Assembly: GCF_018350175.1 (NCBI RefSeq)
Contig: NC_058368.1
Location: 152,646,001 to 152,710,000 of the forward strand
Source: Felis catus
Lineage: Eukaryota
Direction of reading: 5' to 3'
Length of the DNA: 64,000 nt
Part shown: positions 51,408 to 63,653 of the stretch, piece after piece
How positions within the stretch are numbered: position 1 is the first letter of the stretch
Layout of the letters: each line of letters starts with the position of its first letter
The notes under the pieces: model-generated
The model's input: only the letters and a program-made list of their open reading frames with translations
What the model was told of the DNA's origin: nothing
Database searches by the model: none
Translations under genes and position numbers: made by a program

Positions 51408-53254
51408 AGTGGAAGGAAAGCTATCGTAGATGGTGGTAATAATTACATGGGAACAGGAAAGATAGCTAGTGTTGTATCCTTTCACAGAAGATTAGAAAGA
51501 CTAAGACTGTTGAATGTCGGAGCAGAGGAGAAGGGATCTTCCACTTGGTACATCCTGATGTGGATTCATAGTGTCACAGATTGGAGATTAATGGATAAAT
51601 ATTGATGTTGCAAAGCGACAGAAAAATCCAGCCTAAGCTGGCTGTCACAAAAAATGTAATTTATTGCCCAGTTTTGGAAAAGGCCAGGGTAAAGCTGGAT
51701 TCAGGAAGCTAAGCTTGATTGTCAAGACTTGGCTCTTGGCTCTGTCTTTGGCTGTGTTGGTTTCCTTTCCAGGCTTCAGAGGAAACTGGCCCCAATCAAA
51801 ATGATCCCGAATCCAGCAGTAAGGGGAATCTGCATCCTTATGCTTAAGCAGGATTCTCAGAATTGTTTTGTTGACTTTGGCCCATTGCTGTGATTATCGT
51901 GGAGCCAAGGACCATATCTTGTGGATCTTCATATCCTCAGTGATTAGTTCAGGGTGTTTGTTGCACAATGTATAGTAGGTGCTCAGTATACAAATGTTAT
52001 ACCAAATTTTAATCTGCTCTTCTGAAAGCAAACAATTTGCATTGTAGCAACTATTCTAATATAATCCTGACTTTAATTTCAAAATTTTTTTTGTGGAATT
52101 AGATGACTTGTTGGATAGGCTGAAAGTGATTACTAAAAACTAAAGACTTTGTGCCTGTGTGTGATCAGGACTATCAAAATTTCATAGTAAAATCAGGAAA
52201 TAAGCAAGAAAGTAACATAAATCTCATATTGTGTTAACACGATAAGAAATATGTTGAGAGATAAGAGATCTTTGGCAGGAACAGCTTTGATTTCCTTTGA
52301 ATCACACTGAGCAAGGTAAGAGGAGAACATGGATGATAGTTAGAAAAGAGGATCTGAATATTGGAATATCATGCCACTGCAGAGCAGAGGAATGCCTTCA
52401 TAATGCTAAAGTTCTTTTTTTACAGTTATGACAGAATATGAGTTCAGCACATCTTTAAACACATGTTGTTTGAAATTCATTTTATAAAGAAGTTTAGAAT
52501 AGGTAGTCTGATGGGTCATGTAAGACTTTTCTTAAATCCAGTAAGAGAAAGAAAGACCTGAAATAGATGTAAGACTTACGTGTTGTGTCAGTCACCAATG
52601 CTAATCTTCTGAGTTTAATATAGGGAGTTCCAAAGACTGGATTTTTAGCATGATAGAGGAGAATATACCTAGTTACCCTAAAAAAGAAACTTCAGCATTT
52701 GTGTAATTATGCCTGTCTTCTAATGGGAACTTCACTTCTAAAGCTTTTTCTTCATCTTTAAATTTCTATTGAATGCCAACTTTGCCTCAGCAACTTTTCT
52801 TACAGGTTGAAAAGATGAAAGCAGGGGAGATTCAATTATCAATGATGTCACAGAATTTGAGGCATTTCCAATCATGCTTGTTTGTTCATTTCACATAATC
52901 TCAAAACTCACTGATGTGCACCGATTTAAAATGAATTTACTGACTTAACCACAAGATCTTGGAGCTCTAATTGCCTGGGAAACTGCAAGAATGCACCATT
53001 TGAACTCATTGGTCCTGACGTTAAAAGATGCTGTTAAATATTTAAAGTAGTCAAGAGAACTGCAGTTTCTGTTAAGTAAATATAGTGTTTATTAGAATAA
53101 TAATGTGCCAGCTTTTAGGATACTTACACAGCTTTTTGGTAGTTTTGGTGCATGAGTTTAAAAATATTTGAATGTGTAAAAATATATAGCATAAGCAGTC
53201 TACTAAATTTTTCAAGATGGTGACATGTGATTTGCAAGAATAGAATATAAGAGG

Positions 53255-53470
53255 CAATATAGTATGGTTTTTGGGTAGAGAGTCTGCAAGTAGACTGCTG
53301 GGTTCAAATCCCCCTTGTCCTCTTAACTAAATATCAGTGCGTGTGTTGGTCTGTGCTTTAGTTTCCTTAGCTATCAGTGGGATTAATGCTACTAGTACCT
53401 TCTTCACAGACAGGTTGTGAAGATTAAACGTGTTATAATGTATAAAGTATCTACAACAACACTACACAAG
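53255..53470 (+). mobile_element. MIR
   Basis: agactgctgggttcaaatcc...tttagtttcctt...ggttgtgaagattaaa. Confidence 0.7.
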
Positions 53471-53699
53471 CATTAGCTTTTCTGGTTTCTTTCTATAGGT
53501 AATTGCAGTTTTTCTTCAGGATATATGGAATCCTAGAATATAATATAGTAACAAACACAGAAATATATGTGGGGAATTCTATAGTAAGTTCAAGCATATT
53601 GCATTGAAAAATTCAGTAATTAACTCATAGCTCCAAATGTGGCCTGTTGTACATCCATTTCAAAATATGCTCCTCACACTCTAGTTCAGTGTATGTCAA

Positions 53700-53865
53700 A
53701 ATGTATGTTAAGGATCAGTTACTTTAGAGTGAAAGGGCTGCCTGTTAGATGTAGATTCCTGGGCCTCAATCAAATTCACCGGATCAGAATTTTTGAGTCT
53801 GTGAGTTAGCATTTTAACAAACATTTGACTTGTTTCTTATGGAGGGCAAATTTTGAGAAGTTACA
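53700..53865. mobile_element. MER5-like hAT DNA transposon relic
   Basis: tgtagattcctgggcc...atcagaatt...gcattttaacaa...tttgagaa. Confidence 0.55.
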
Positions 53866-55120
53866 TCTCCAGCTGTTCATGATTCCCCCTTGTCGTGCTG
53901 TAATTCACTTACAGTCTTTCTCACTCAGAACTTCAGGTGTCCTCTTCTGTCAGCTCAAAATTCTATCACATCTCACGTTCAAGGAGTTTTTTTTCTTTCG
54001 AAATCACAGTAGACCACAGTTGATCTTTTTCTTACGCATCGCTGCCTCATCACCCCTCCATTCTGTATTCTCTTTCTCATTCCTAGTTCATTTCTTTCCC
54101 ACTATTTGTCATAAGTGAGGTGTGAAATCATTCTGGCTTTAGAATTCCACAGAAAATCTTAGTTGTCTTTGGTGGCCCAGAATTGCTCCTAATCTCCTAC
54201 CTCACTCAGGCTTTGCCTTTTTCCTTCCCTTTCTCTCATTCTTTTCATTTCCTTTCTTTGGGCTAACATTACTGCCTTAGAAGTCAGGGAAGAGAGAAGT
54301 TTTATTTCTTCTTGCAAGTCCCTTTATCCCCATGGCAGGTGAAAGATTCTTAGAGAGAAGGCACAGGTGTAGAAAATGTTTTAGTCTTCCAGAATCTCTG
54401 GTCCTGTTGGCCCATGTCTCTTTCCTGGACTCCGTCTGACCTCTGCATCCCTGCCTGTGGATTTTGCAGTTTTAACTATGTGAGACGTCATTAAGCAATC
54501 TCAGATTGCATTGTTTGAATATACTTGATAGAGAAAATTGAATTTAAAGTAAAATATATCAAGATCTCATGTATTTGGTGGTTTTAAATACAAAGCCACG
54601 TGTAGCCATGTGGCAGTACCACATACATGAAAATTTTATTACTTCTTGACCAAGGTAAAGAGTAATAGGAAGCATTTTGGCTCACTGAGTGCATAATGCA
54701 ACTCTCCTTTAAAACACATGAACTTGTTATGTTCGTGTGACTGCTCACATAATCCATTGGAATCTTAATGATCCGTGAGATCAATTGTTCACATTTTTAG
54801 AGGTACATCTACATTACAAAACAACATTGCTTTCAAGAGGCCACTGCACTGTTGTGCTTTTGAAAGCACTTGAATCACACAGGGCTGCAAGTAGGAACAC
54901 TATTGATGCGTCATAAACACACACATTCTAGTAAGAAGAAAACAGTACAGTTATGGAAAAGAAGGAAATACACACTTTGCCAAATTTACTTTTAAAGCAA
55001 CATAGACATTTTCTAAGAAACGATGTTAGTATTTTAGGTAGTAGAATGGGAGAAATTTAGGTCCTGGAAATTTATGTTGAAATCATTAGCATTTCCTTGC
55101 AATAACTAAAAAATTTTAAA

Positions 55121-55160
55121 AAGCATTTTCAAGTCAGGAAAAGCATTTTCAAGTCAGGAA
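55121..55160. repeat. Perfect 20-bp tandem duplication
   Basis: (aagcattttcaagtcaggaa)x2. Confidence 0.95.
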
Positions 55161-55714
55161 AAAGTAGACACAACCAAGAAATCAATTTATTAATAAAGTT
55201 TCAGCTTCAGCTGCTTTTATATCCCAGTTTTAAGAGTTCTCTCATAGTTTTGTGATAAATAAATAGATGAAGAGGCCCTATTAAGATCATTAATCGCCTT
55301 GATAATTTTTTAGTGTTGGCTTGTATTTTACAGTTTCATTTTGGGGAGAAGATGGGCTTTAATTCCATTTCCAAAGTACTGATTTATGTTTTTCTTAGGA
55401 TAAATTAGAGGGTCAAAAAATTTAAAAACCCTAATTTGATAAATAAGTTTAAGACTACTGATAACTATCATCTTGTTATAAGGTTAAAGAAAAAAAGTAG
55501 TTATGAATTGTAAAAAATAATCATAGAAGAGATTGTGATTTTAAACTTATTTCTCTGATCCCATATTTAAGTTGGATGGTTTAATATTTGATGTATTTAT
55601 GTCTTAGTTCCTTAGCGTCTAGCTCTTCACTGTTTATATCTGTAGCAACATGGTCTAATGAAAATATATTAGGTATGTTTTGTGAACAAAGCTTTTTTCT
55701 TTTTTTCCTAATAG

Positions 55715-55899
55715 GGATGCCCTCTGCATCTTTATTAGTAAATCTCCTCTCAGCTTTATTCATCCCTTATGTGTTTGGAGAAACAGAAATAAGGTTTGCC
55801 GGACAGACAACATTTGTAGTTAATGAAACAAGTACAACAGTTATTCGTCTTGTCATCGAAAGGATAGGAGAGCCAGCAAATGTCACTGCAATTGTATCG
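55715..55899 (+). CDS. ADGRV1: ADGRV1 exon 2 (signal peptide and start of Calx-beta 1: MPSASLLVNLLSALFIPYVFGETEIRFAGQTTFVVNETSTTVIRLVIERIGEPANVTAIVS)
   Basis: Polypyrimidine tract, then atag|GGATGC acceptor and TCG|gtaaga donor; 185 nt; peptide visible in ORF 55588..55935. Confidence 0.97.
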
Positions 55900-55983
55900 G
55901 TAAGAAATGATGTAGCTCTGTTCTTACTGAAGTAGATGTTATGACATTTCTTAGTTTCAGCGACAAGAATTTTTCTTAACTGT

Positions 55984-56129
55984 TTGAGATTCTGAGTAGT
56001 TTCATTATGATAAATGATTTTCGGGTATACTATTCCATTCATATTTCCTAAATTTTTTTTAACTTGAGATTCTGAGTTGTTTCATTATGATAAATGATTT
56101 GTAGGTACACTGTTCCATTCATATTTCCT
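55984..56129. repeat. Diverged ~80-bp-period tandem duplication in intron 2
   Basis: ttgagattctgagt.gtttcattatgataaatgattt...ttccattcatatttcct at 55984-56049 and 56064-56129. Confidence 0.92.
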
Positions 56130-57933
56130 GTAGGTTTATAGGGTGCACCAATTAGCATATGCACGTGGCAATAATAGTAAAGATATAGACTGATTATTTT
56201 TAAATGTTCATATGTTTATTTTAAAACAAATAAAAAAGATATCAGTAAGTATTCCTAGGTAGAATAACATTTACTTCGGGTAATTTGGATTTCAGTTATC
56301 TCTGCTCAGATATATATTTCAGGTGGCTTAGGGAAAAATACATAAAATTTTTAAAAGTAATGGCAAATTAAAAGTGAATTTTGTCAGAAAGCTTGGGAGA
56401 AATTAAGTTCATTAACTTAAGTACAGGTTAGGTAGGATTTGTTAAACTGTCAGGTTATCTTGCACACAGTTTAGTTATTGGATGGATTCAGTGTGCATAT
56501 ATCTGTGTCTACGTGTAACCAGAAAGTAATGTCATATGACCACTAAGGATATTGCTGTATCTGAGGCCCAAAATACTTGAAATTTTTTTTCAAAAATAAG
56601 TTTTGAAGTAGTGGGTTAAATTATCACATTGTGAAACATTGTAAAAAAGAGATAAAGGAAAAGAAAGATATAAAAAAAATATGAAACAAACCCAGTTTTA
56701 TAACTTTGTGCATTGCTTTTAGTTTTTAATTTATAATATGTGTGTATATATTTACTTATTTCATTTTAACGAGTATACATTGTAGTTGATAACCTTTTAT
56801 GCATAATTTTTATTGTATCATAAGAATGTTGTGGGGTGATTCTGTCATTTTTCACAGCTTTTCCCCATGGTGGCATCATCATTTCCCAATTATTTTTCAT
56901 GTGGCTTTCACTGAGGTTTTTCCAATTTTTGTTGGTGTAAATGCTGCTCTGATGAAAATGTTTACATATGTATTCATTTTTGCATATTTTGGATCGTTAA
57001 ATGATTTTTGGGGTTGGGTTACTGTGTTTTTCTCTTTATTTGTTTCAGTGGCTCTTGATAGTTAATGCTTTGTAAAAGACTGCAACTTTTTATATTAAGG
57101 TATAAGTACAAGTTTTTCGGTACCCTTAACTTACTCGGATATCTCAAGTATTTAACCTTTATTTTTACAAAAGAAAACTAGAAACTGACTCTAATTTCCC
57201 AAACATGTTCATCATTTTTTATTTGCACTAAATCATGGTTTTTTTTCTAGTAGATAGGTTATTCATTCTGAGTTCTTTGGCAAAAGAAACCTCATTTAGA
57301 TTTGCACAAGAAGTTGTTCCTTTATAATTTCATCATTACTGCTCCCTTGAAAATCTGTTAGCAATGCTGATGTTGTAGAATGAAGCCTTAAAAACTTAAG
57401 GAAAAGTTTGTGATGAGTAATAATTTGGAATGCTGAAAGAATTGAGTCTTTATTGGTACTATGGGAAAATATAAATAAAACTTCATTTGACAGTTCTGGA
57501 AAAAGTACTTCTTTGAAACTGATAGCATAAGTAATTTTTATTTTCCTGATGTATTTTGACAGGCTATTTCCACTTTTTCTTTGAGGGAGTTTTAGCTACA
57601 ATTTTTTTTTTTTGTCAGGTTTGCTGTAATCCCCTTGAGATGATTCAAGAGGCAGAGAAAAAAAATTCACATCCATACTTGCTATGCAATTATTACTTTT
57701 CTGTGTCGTGATTCCTTTACCTTCTAGAGCATAAACAAATGTTTCTGTTTAGAATCATTTTTAATAATGTGTTTTGAAGGTGATTTTTATTGGTTGTTAA
57801 ATATTTGTTTTGTTTTTGTACATCCGTTATATAAACATCAGTGTCAGTTGATGACTACTGTGTTTTCTGTTGATGGCTCCAATTAGCATCAGTTTGGTTG
57901 TCCTAAGAACTGTCTCTGTTTTGCATTTGATAG

Positions 57934-58083
57934 CTGTATGGAGATGACACTGGTGACTTTTTTGACACATATGCTGCAGCTTTTATACCTGTTGGAGAAA
58001 CAAATAGAACAGTGTACATAGCAGTATGTGATGATGACTTGCCAGAGCCCGACGAAACTTTTACTTTTCACTTGACATTCCAG
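57934..58083 (+). CDS. ADGRV1: ADGRV1 exon 3 (LYGDDTGDFFDTYAAAFIPVGETNRTVYIAVCDDDLPEPDETFTFHLTFQ)
   Basis: tag|CTG acceptor and CAG|gtaagt donor; 150 nt, phase 0; Calx-beta acidic motif DDDLPEPDETF. Confidence 0.97.
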
Positions 58084-59190
58084 GTAAGTCCTTCTTGCCC
58101 CTGCTGCCCACCTTGAACTCACAGAAACCTCACAATGCTTAAAAATCTGTTTCTCTAGAGATAAGCCAATCTAGAGACTGGAGGTGGTTTTCAAAGAAGT
58201 CAGGACTGACAGTCTCTTTGGCAATTCCATGGTCTGGTTATTTTTCCTCAGACAATCTTGTTTAGAAGATTCTACAGTTAGTTTCTGGATCTATTCAGCT
58301 TATTTAGGAATTGCCATGACAGATGCTCAAGAAAAACCTGTCTTCCCTTTGGCTCTTTTCTCTTTTATCCCTCCCCTGCTACCAGATGCACAAAGAATGA
58401 CCGAGACTTCTGAGTTCAAAGGAGAGGAATACAAAAAGCGGGCTTGGAAGTGGGAGGTCCCTGTGCCTTAGAATCATTTTGGAGTAGCTCTGGGAAAAAT
58501 GTTTGAATAGCCTAAGGTTTAATTGTCCTTTATGGCTTGATCTATTAGGTTGAGGTAATGACTGCTAACACTGCTGTAGTTTATTTTTCTGAGGGGCATT
58601 GAGAATTCTTTTCAGAATGATTATATTGATATGAGTAAAATTTTTATGAAAATGATACTTGAAATAATACTGTTTTGCCTTTGTATATCACTTTGTTGCA
58701 TATCATGCTGCCGTAGAATATCAATAGAAATGTTGTAGAAAACTCTTCCCTTATTAATCAGAAAAAATGTTTTAATATTTTATCTTTAATTTAGCTTTAT
58801 AATTTATAAAGTAAATAATTCTTAAGTGTCAGCACCTTCTATAGTGAGAAGAAAACACGTTTGAATAGAATTTTATACTGCTTACTTAATTCTCTGTTAT
58901 ATTAGTCATGAGATTGGAGTAATTATAATATAGCATTACTAGCCAGTGTTTGCTTATCATTGTAATGATTTAGTGATTAATCGTTTTTACAGGTTTTTGA
59001 AAAGTTTTTATTTGGGACTTCTTTACCATGTTGACTTAATTTGAAAACATTTTCTTAATCTGCATTAAAAGTATGCTTGTATTTTTATTCATAGTCTGAA
59101 CAATTACTTAAAGACAGAAACTCTATTAAAATTATTCTTTTTTTCCTCTTATTTTTAATTTATTAACTTACCTTGGGGCTTTTATTTTAG

Positions 59191-59286
59191 AAACCTTCAG
59201 CAAATGTGAAGCTTGGATGGCCAAGGACTGTTACGGTGACAATATTATCAAATGACAATGCATTTGGAATTATTTCATTTAATATG
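59191..59286 (+). CDS. ADGRV1: ADGRV1 exon 4 (KPSANVKLGWPRTVTVTILSNDNAFGIISFNM)
   Basis: ttttag|AAA acceptor and ATG|gtatgg donor; 96 nt; Calx-beta linker motif ILSNDNAFG. Confidence 0.96.
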
Positions 59287-59339
59287 GTATGGTTACAAAC
59301 TGATCAATTTTGTGGTTGCTAGATAAGAGTTATTAAATT

Positions 59340-59553
59340 AAAGAAATTTTTTTAGGGTTTATTCATTTTTCAGAGACAGAGATAGAGCATGAGGAGGAGA
59401 GGGGCCGAGAGAGAGGGAGACACAGAATCTGAAGCAGGCTCCAGGCTCTGAGCTGTCAGCGCAGAGCCTGACGCGGGGCTCAGACTCACAGACCATGAGA
59501 TCATGACCTGAGCTGAAGTCGGACGCTTAACTGACTGAGCCACCCAGGCACCA
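59340..59553 (-). mobile_element. Can-SINE
   Basis: Antisense SINE about 55 nt after exon 4; TSD agttattaaatt. Confidence 0.92.
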
Positions 59554-59803
59554 CAGTAGTTATTAAATTTTTAAATTATTTTTCATGATATTACCTGGTA
59601 TCATCTTGCCATTTGAAAGTTAAATAAAATTCGCTCTAACTCCATCCATATCCCATATTCTGTAGACTGTCCATTTGTTCTGCCTGAGATTTCTTAAGAT
59701 TGAGGAGGCCTATGTGATCTTGGCTGTCTCTTGTCCTGTTCTTCTGCTGATCATTCCGCCTGATTCATTCATTACTTCCGTTGGTGGTCTGTAACTTGGA
59801 TGT

Positions 59804-60133
59804 TGTCTTATTCTTTTGCATCTGTTGTAACAGAATTCTGTAGACTGGTGGCTTAAAAACAACAGAAATGTATTTCTCACAGTTCTGAAGGCTGAAGTCC
59901 AAGATCAGGGTGCTAGCAGATTTGGTGTCTGGTGACGGCCTGCTTCCTAGGGGTCTTCTTGTTATGCTTTCATAAGGTAGAAGGGGCAAGGAGCTCTCTG
60001 GGATCTCTCTGATAAGGGCACTTATCCCATTTGAGAGCTTTGCCCTCATGATCTAATCACTCCAATGGCCCTGCTCCTACATTTGAACATGACTTTGGGG
60101 GGGGTGGGGACACAAACATTTAGTCTTGTAGCA
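59804..60133 (-). mobile_element. MLT1A-like MaLR solo LTR
   Basis: TG...CA ends, ggcttaaaaacaacagaaatgtatttctcacagttctg...ggggacacaaacatttagtc; 5-bp TSD GATGT (59799-59803 / 60134-60138). Confidence 0.88.
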
Positions 60134-61024
60134 GATGTTGTAATCTAGTCCCTTTTGCTTGATTTTCTCAGCTGCCTCTTAAAGAAAATCTTGTTTGTCA
60201 GCCTTCTCTGAAAGTTGGGAGATGAGAAAAACTTATTGAAAGAATACTGGAAAAACCTACAGTAAACTGAAAATTCAGTAGCAGGCATAGTTCTTAAAAA
60301 TTCTATACTCAATCCCTACACTGAGATTTTCCCATTTATTAATATTTCTTAAAGGTTAAAATTCCTTGTCATCCCCCTTAGTTTTGCTGAGCAGTTCATT
60401 TTATTCTCTCTGATCGCCAGATTCCTATGTTCCCGACCAGTTCTGTGTTTATAGAGTTTTATCTTTAGAAACAAACCCACAAGCTAGGTCCCCCACTGAG
60501 AGAAGTTGTTTCCAGCTCCTAAAATAAAACAAAATTTATCTTGGGTACAATTGGATTTTGCCATGAAGTTTTAGACTATAATAACCTTCCTGATATGGAG
60601 TCTTTTTGAAACATGTTACTAATTATCATTACTAAAAGATGATGTGGTACTCCCCAGCTTTTTATTTATTTTCCAATTTAGATTGCTGCTGCAGTTGGTA
60701 GAATGTATGTCATTTTCTTAGTACCTTAAATTATCTTTGAAACAAGGTGGGCTATAGATAAATATGATCTTTTAATTGCAGTATCTTTATTAAAAAAGAT
60801 ATGTGGATAATATCAATGTAGTAGACATTTTGTGACCTCCATTATATTGTCATATACAAAATTAATTAAATTAATTAATCAGTCATTTCTATTTAAATTA
60901 TAGGGAATTATTAGTTAATTATGAGGCAGGCTCACTTAATTGCTTAATTTCTCTCCTTATTGTCTTTCTCTTTTATATTTACTCCCAACCTATCCCCACT
61001 ATCCTCATACTGACTTGTTTAAAG

Positions 61025-61135
61025 GTTCCTTCCTTCCTTCCTTTCTTCCTCCCTTTCTCTTCTTTCTCTCTTTCTTTTTCTCTCTCTTTTTATTCTCTCT
61101 CCTTTTCTCTTTTCTTTTCTTTTCTTCTTTTGTCT
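61025..61135. repeat. Polypyrimidine (TTCC/TTTC/CT) low-complexity tract
   Basis: Almost pure C/T on the + strand. Confidence 0.85.
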
Positions 61136-62025
61136 TAGCTTCTGGGAATGAATCCTAATCTTTTGCAGTGGTCACAGGTCCCTGACTATTGTGGTCACAG
61201 TGCTGCCAGGCAGCCTCTGACTGGGCACCTGCATCATGTGGTTAAAATTAAATTAACTAGCTTTTGAGCTCACAGTAGTTAGTAGATAGGCTGGATTTGG
61301 TTCCTGGCCTGGATGATGATTATACTGATGATGAAGATAGCACTGATGATGTTAGATGTCTTTGGGACAGGCATTCCTATCCCTGTTTATGGATGGGAAC
61401 ACTGAGACTTGGTGTCACCAGGAAAGATGGGCATTGCTGCCCTAGTTACCATGCACCTGGCTGCTTCCCTCTTCCTCTTCTTCTAGCTGGAGTTTCAGGC
61501 AGCCAAGCCAGAGTGTTTCAGCATTTGAAGTCCTGGCTTCTTCTTTGCTTCAGTGATCATGTCCGGAAAGCATTAGCAGTTCTCTGCTTTTCGCTGATAG
61601 GCTGACCACTGAGGAGGGAACAGTGGTTGGGAGCAAGGCCTGTGGGTGGTACTTCCAGTGGGTGGTTGCAAATGAACTGCTCTCATCTGGAGAAGCAACT
61701 CGTTTTTGTGACCTCTTGGGTCTCTGGGGCATTTGAGTTTGTTGTCTTTCAACCAGATAACCTTTACGGTCCCTCAGCAGAACAGCTAGTTGATGGAACC
61801 AGAACAAGAACTTACAACTTTTGCCTGACTAGTTTTATGCTCCCTTTACACTATTATTTTTTAGCATTTTTATTAGATACACCTAATTAATGCTAGGAAG
61901 TACAGCACTCTCAGGGCACCAGGTGAATTAATTTATCTGTGGAAATTTAGTATTCTAAGGTAATATTTTGCACCACTCTACCTCTGGTTGATGAGTGCCT
62001 GATTTGTCTTTGTTCTTCCCGATAG

Positions 62026-62130
62026 CCTTTTTCAATCACAGTGAGTGAACCTAGGGGCAGAAATGAATCTGTGCCTCTTACTCTCATCAGAGAAAAAGGA
62101 ACTTATGGAATGGTCACTGTGACTTTTGAG
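62026..62130 (+). CDS. ADGRV1: ADGRV1 exon 5 (PFSITVSEPRGRNESVPLTLIREKGTYGMVTVTFE)
   Basis: gatag|CCT acceptor and GAG|gtaagt donor; 105 nt; Calx-beta R-x-x-G-x-x-G-x-V-x-V pattern. Confidence 0.96.
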
Positions 62131-62151
62131 GTAAGTGTACTGTGCAATCAC

Positions 62152-62240
62152 TTTATTTTTTATTTTTTTATTTTTTGAGAGCGAGAGGGAGCAAGCGAGC
62201 TGGGGAGGGGCAGGGGGGAGAGCGAGAGAGAATCTTAAGC
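62152..62240 (-). mobile_element. Severely 5'-truncated Can-SINE
   Basis: T-rich tail, (GA)n, ends at gagagaatcttaagc. Confidence 0.75.
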
Positions 62241-62921
62241 GTATAAACAGCATCTCTTCTCAGAATTCAGTCTCCCCCGTGCCCTTCTTAGTTTTTTTTC
62301 TCCATGATACTTATCATCTGAAAAATATGTATTTCTTTATCAGTTTTTCCTTTCATTAAATGTTAGGTCCTTGTGGGTAAGGAGTTTACCTGTTCACTGT
62401 TGTATCCTTAGCACCTAAAAGAGGTCAGGCACAGAGTACTTAAGTACTTTTCAAAAGGAATGATTTTATTACATCTTTATATCTAGCCTGTTAGTATGTT
62501 ATTATGATTATTTTAAAGATGGGGAAAGTGCTGCTTGGAGTTGCTGAATACTTGCCCAGTGTTAAACAGTCACTGGTGGAATTGCCATGTGATTCTATGA
62601 CTTAAGAGAATTTACCAATTTTGAATACCTTCCTCTCATGGAAGAATACATTTTTTCTCAGGTTTAATATAATGGCTTGAAAAAATAAAAAAGAGAAAAC
62701 CCTTAGAAATCATGTAGTTTAATGTGATTATAGTCCATATCTATAATTACAGGCCTTGACTATTAATTACAAGGGCAAACTTATATACAGTTTTCTATAA
62801 TTCTTCTTATAAAACATTTTTAAGTAAAAACCAGATTTTTGTCATTTAACGTCACAATAATGCTTTCTTACTCTAGTGAAATATTTTGCATTTATGGATG
62901 GTATTATGTGTTTCTTTTCAG

Positions 62922-63035
62922 GTAGAGGGTGGCCCAAATCCACCTGAGGAAGATTTGAGCCCAGTTAAAGGAAATATCACCTTTCCCCCTGGCAGAGCAA
63001 CAGTAGTTTATAACTTGACAGTACTTGACGATGAG
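62922..63035 (+). CDS. ADGRV1: ADGRV1 exon 6 (VEGGPNPPEEDLSPVKGNITFPPGRATVVYNLTVLDDE); gene continues beyond window
   Basis: ttttcag|GTA acceptor and GAG|gtgaga donor; 114 nt; Calx-beta G-x-I-T-F-x-x-G...VLDD motif. Confidence 0.96.
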
Positions 63036-63471
63036 GTGAGATAATATAAATGCTTCAATGGGACAGAGATTCTGTCTGCAGTATAGACATGTTAGAACAT
63101 TATGTCAAGCATTAAATTGTGTTCAGTATTTGAAATTATTCAAGAACTTAGTCCTATGTAAAACTAGTGTATTGTACTAACTAGTTAGTGTATACTTTAG
63201 CTATAAATAGCCATTTTGGTGGATATCTGGTAAATATTTACCTTATTTATTTCATAATTGTGTATATAAAAGCTGATGAACCTGAATATAACTGGCAACC
63301 ACATGTAATACAGTAACTTAAGTATTTGGTAAACCTTGATGATTGTTTTTTGTTAGTGATTGCAGTTTTGAGTAGGTATAGTCCTACCTACCCAGCATAA
63401 GTATTTTACTATAAAAGCAAAGAAAATTCTACTGTAATTGATATCCTTTTGTTTAGATATTTTAATTAAAC

Positions 63472-63653
63472 ATTTTTTTTAATTAAAAATTTTTTAAAAA
63501 TATTTATTTAGACACAGAGAGAGAGCACGAGAGAGGGAGACAGAATCCGAAGCAGGCTCCAGGCTCTGGACATGGGGTTCAAACCCACAAACTGTGAAAT
63601 CATAACCTGAGCCAAAGTCGGACACTTAACCGACTGAGCCACCCAGGCACCCC
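63472..63653 (-). mobile_element. Can-SINE
   Basis: Antisense SINE; TSD ttgttt(a/g)gatattttaa. Confidence 0.9.

Noticed and set aside
55588..55714. In-frame upstream extension of exon 2 (MYLCLSS...FFLFFLIG) as an alternative N-terminus
   Set aside because: It runs through the polypyrimidine tract and acceptor, there is no promoter evidence, and exon 1 already supplies the recognised N-terminus.
55121..56129. Direct repeats as a CRISPR-like array
   Set aside because: Only two copies each, no unique spacers, no cas genes, and a mammalian intronic context.
61297..61890. ORFs in intron 4 (102 aa with an acidic DDDYTDDED start; 87 aa)
   Set aside because: The acidic run comes from a (GAT)n-like tract next to a MIR-like relic; exons 4 and 5 already join seamlessly in frame.
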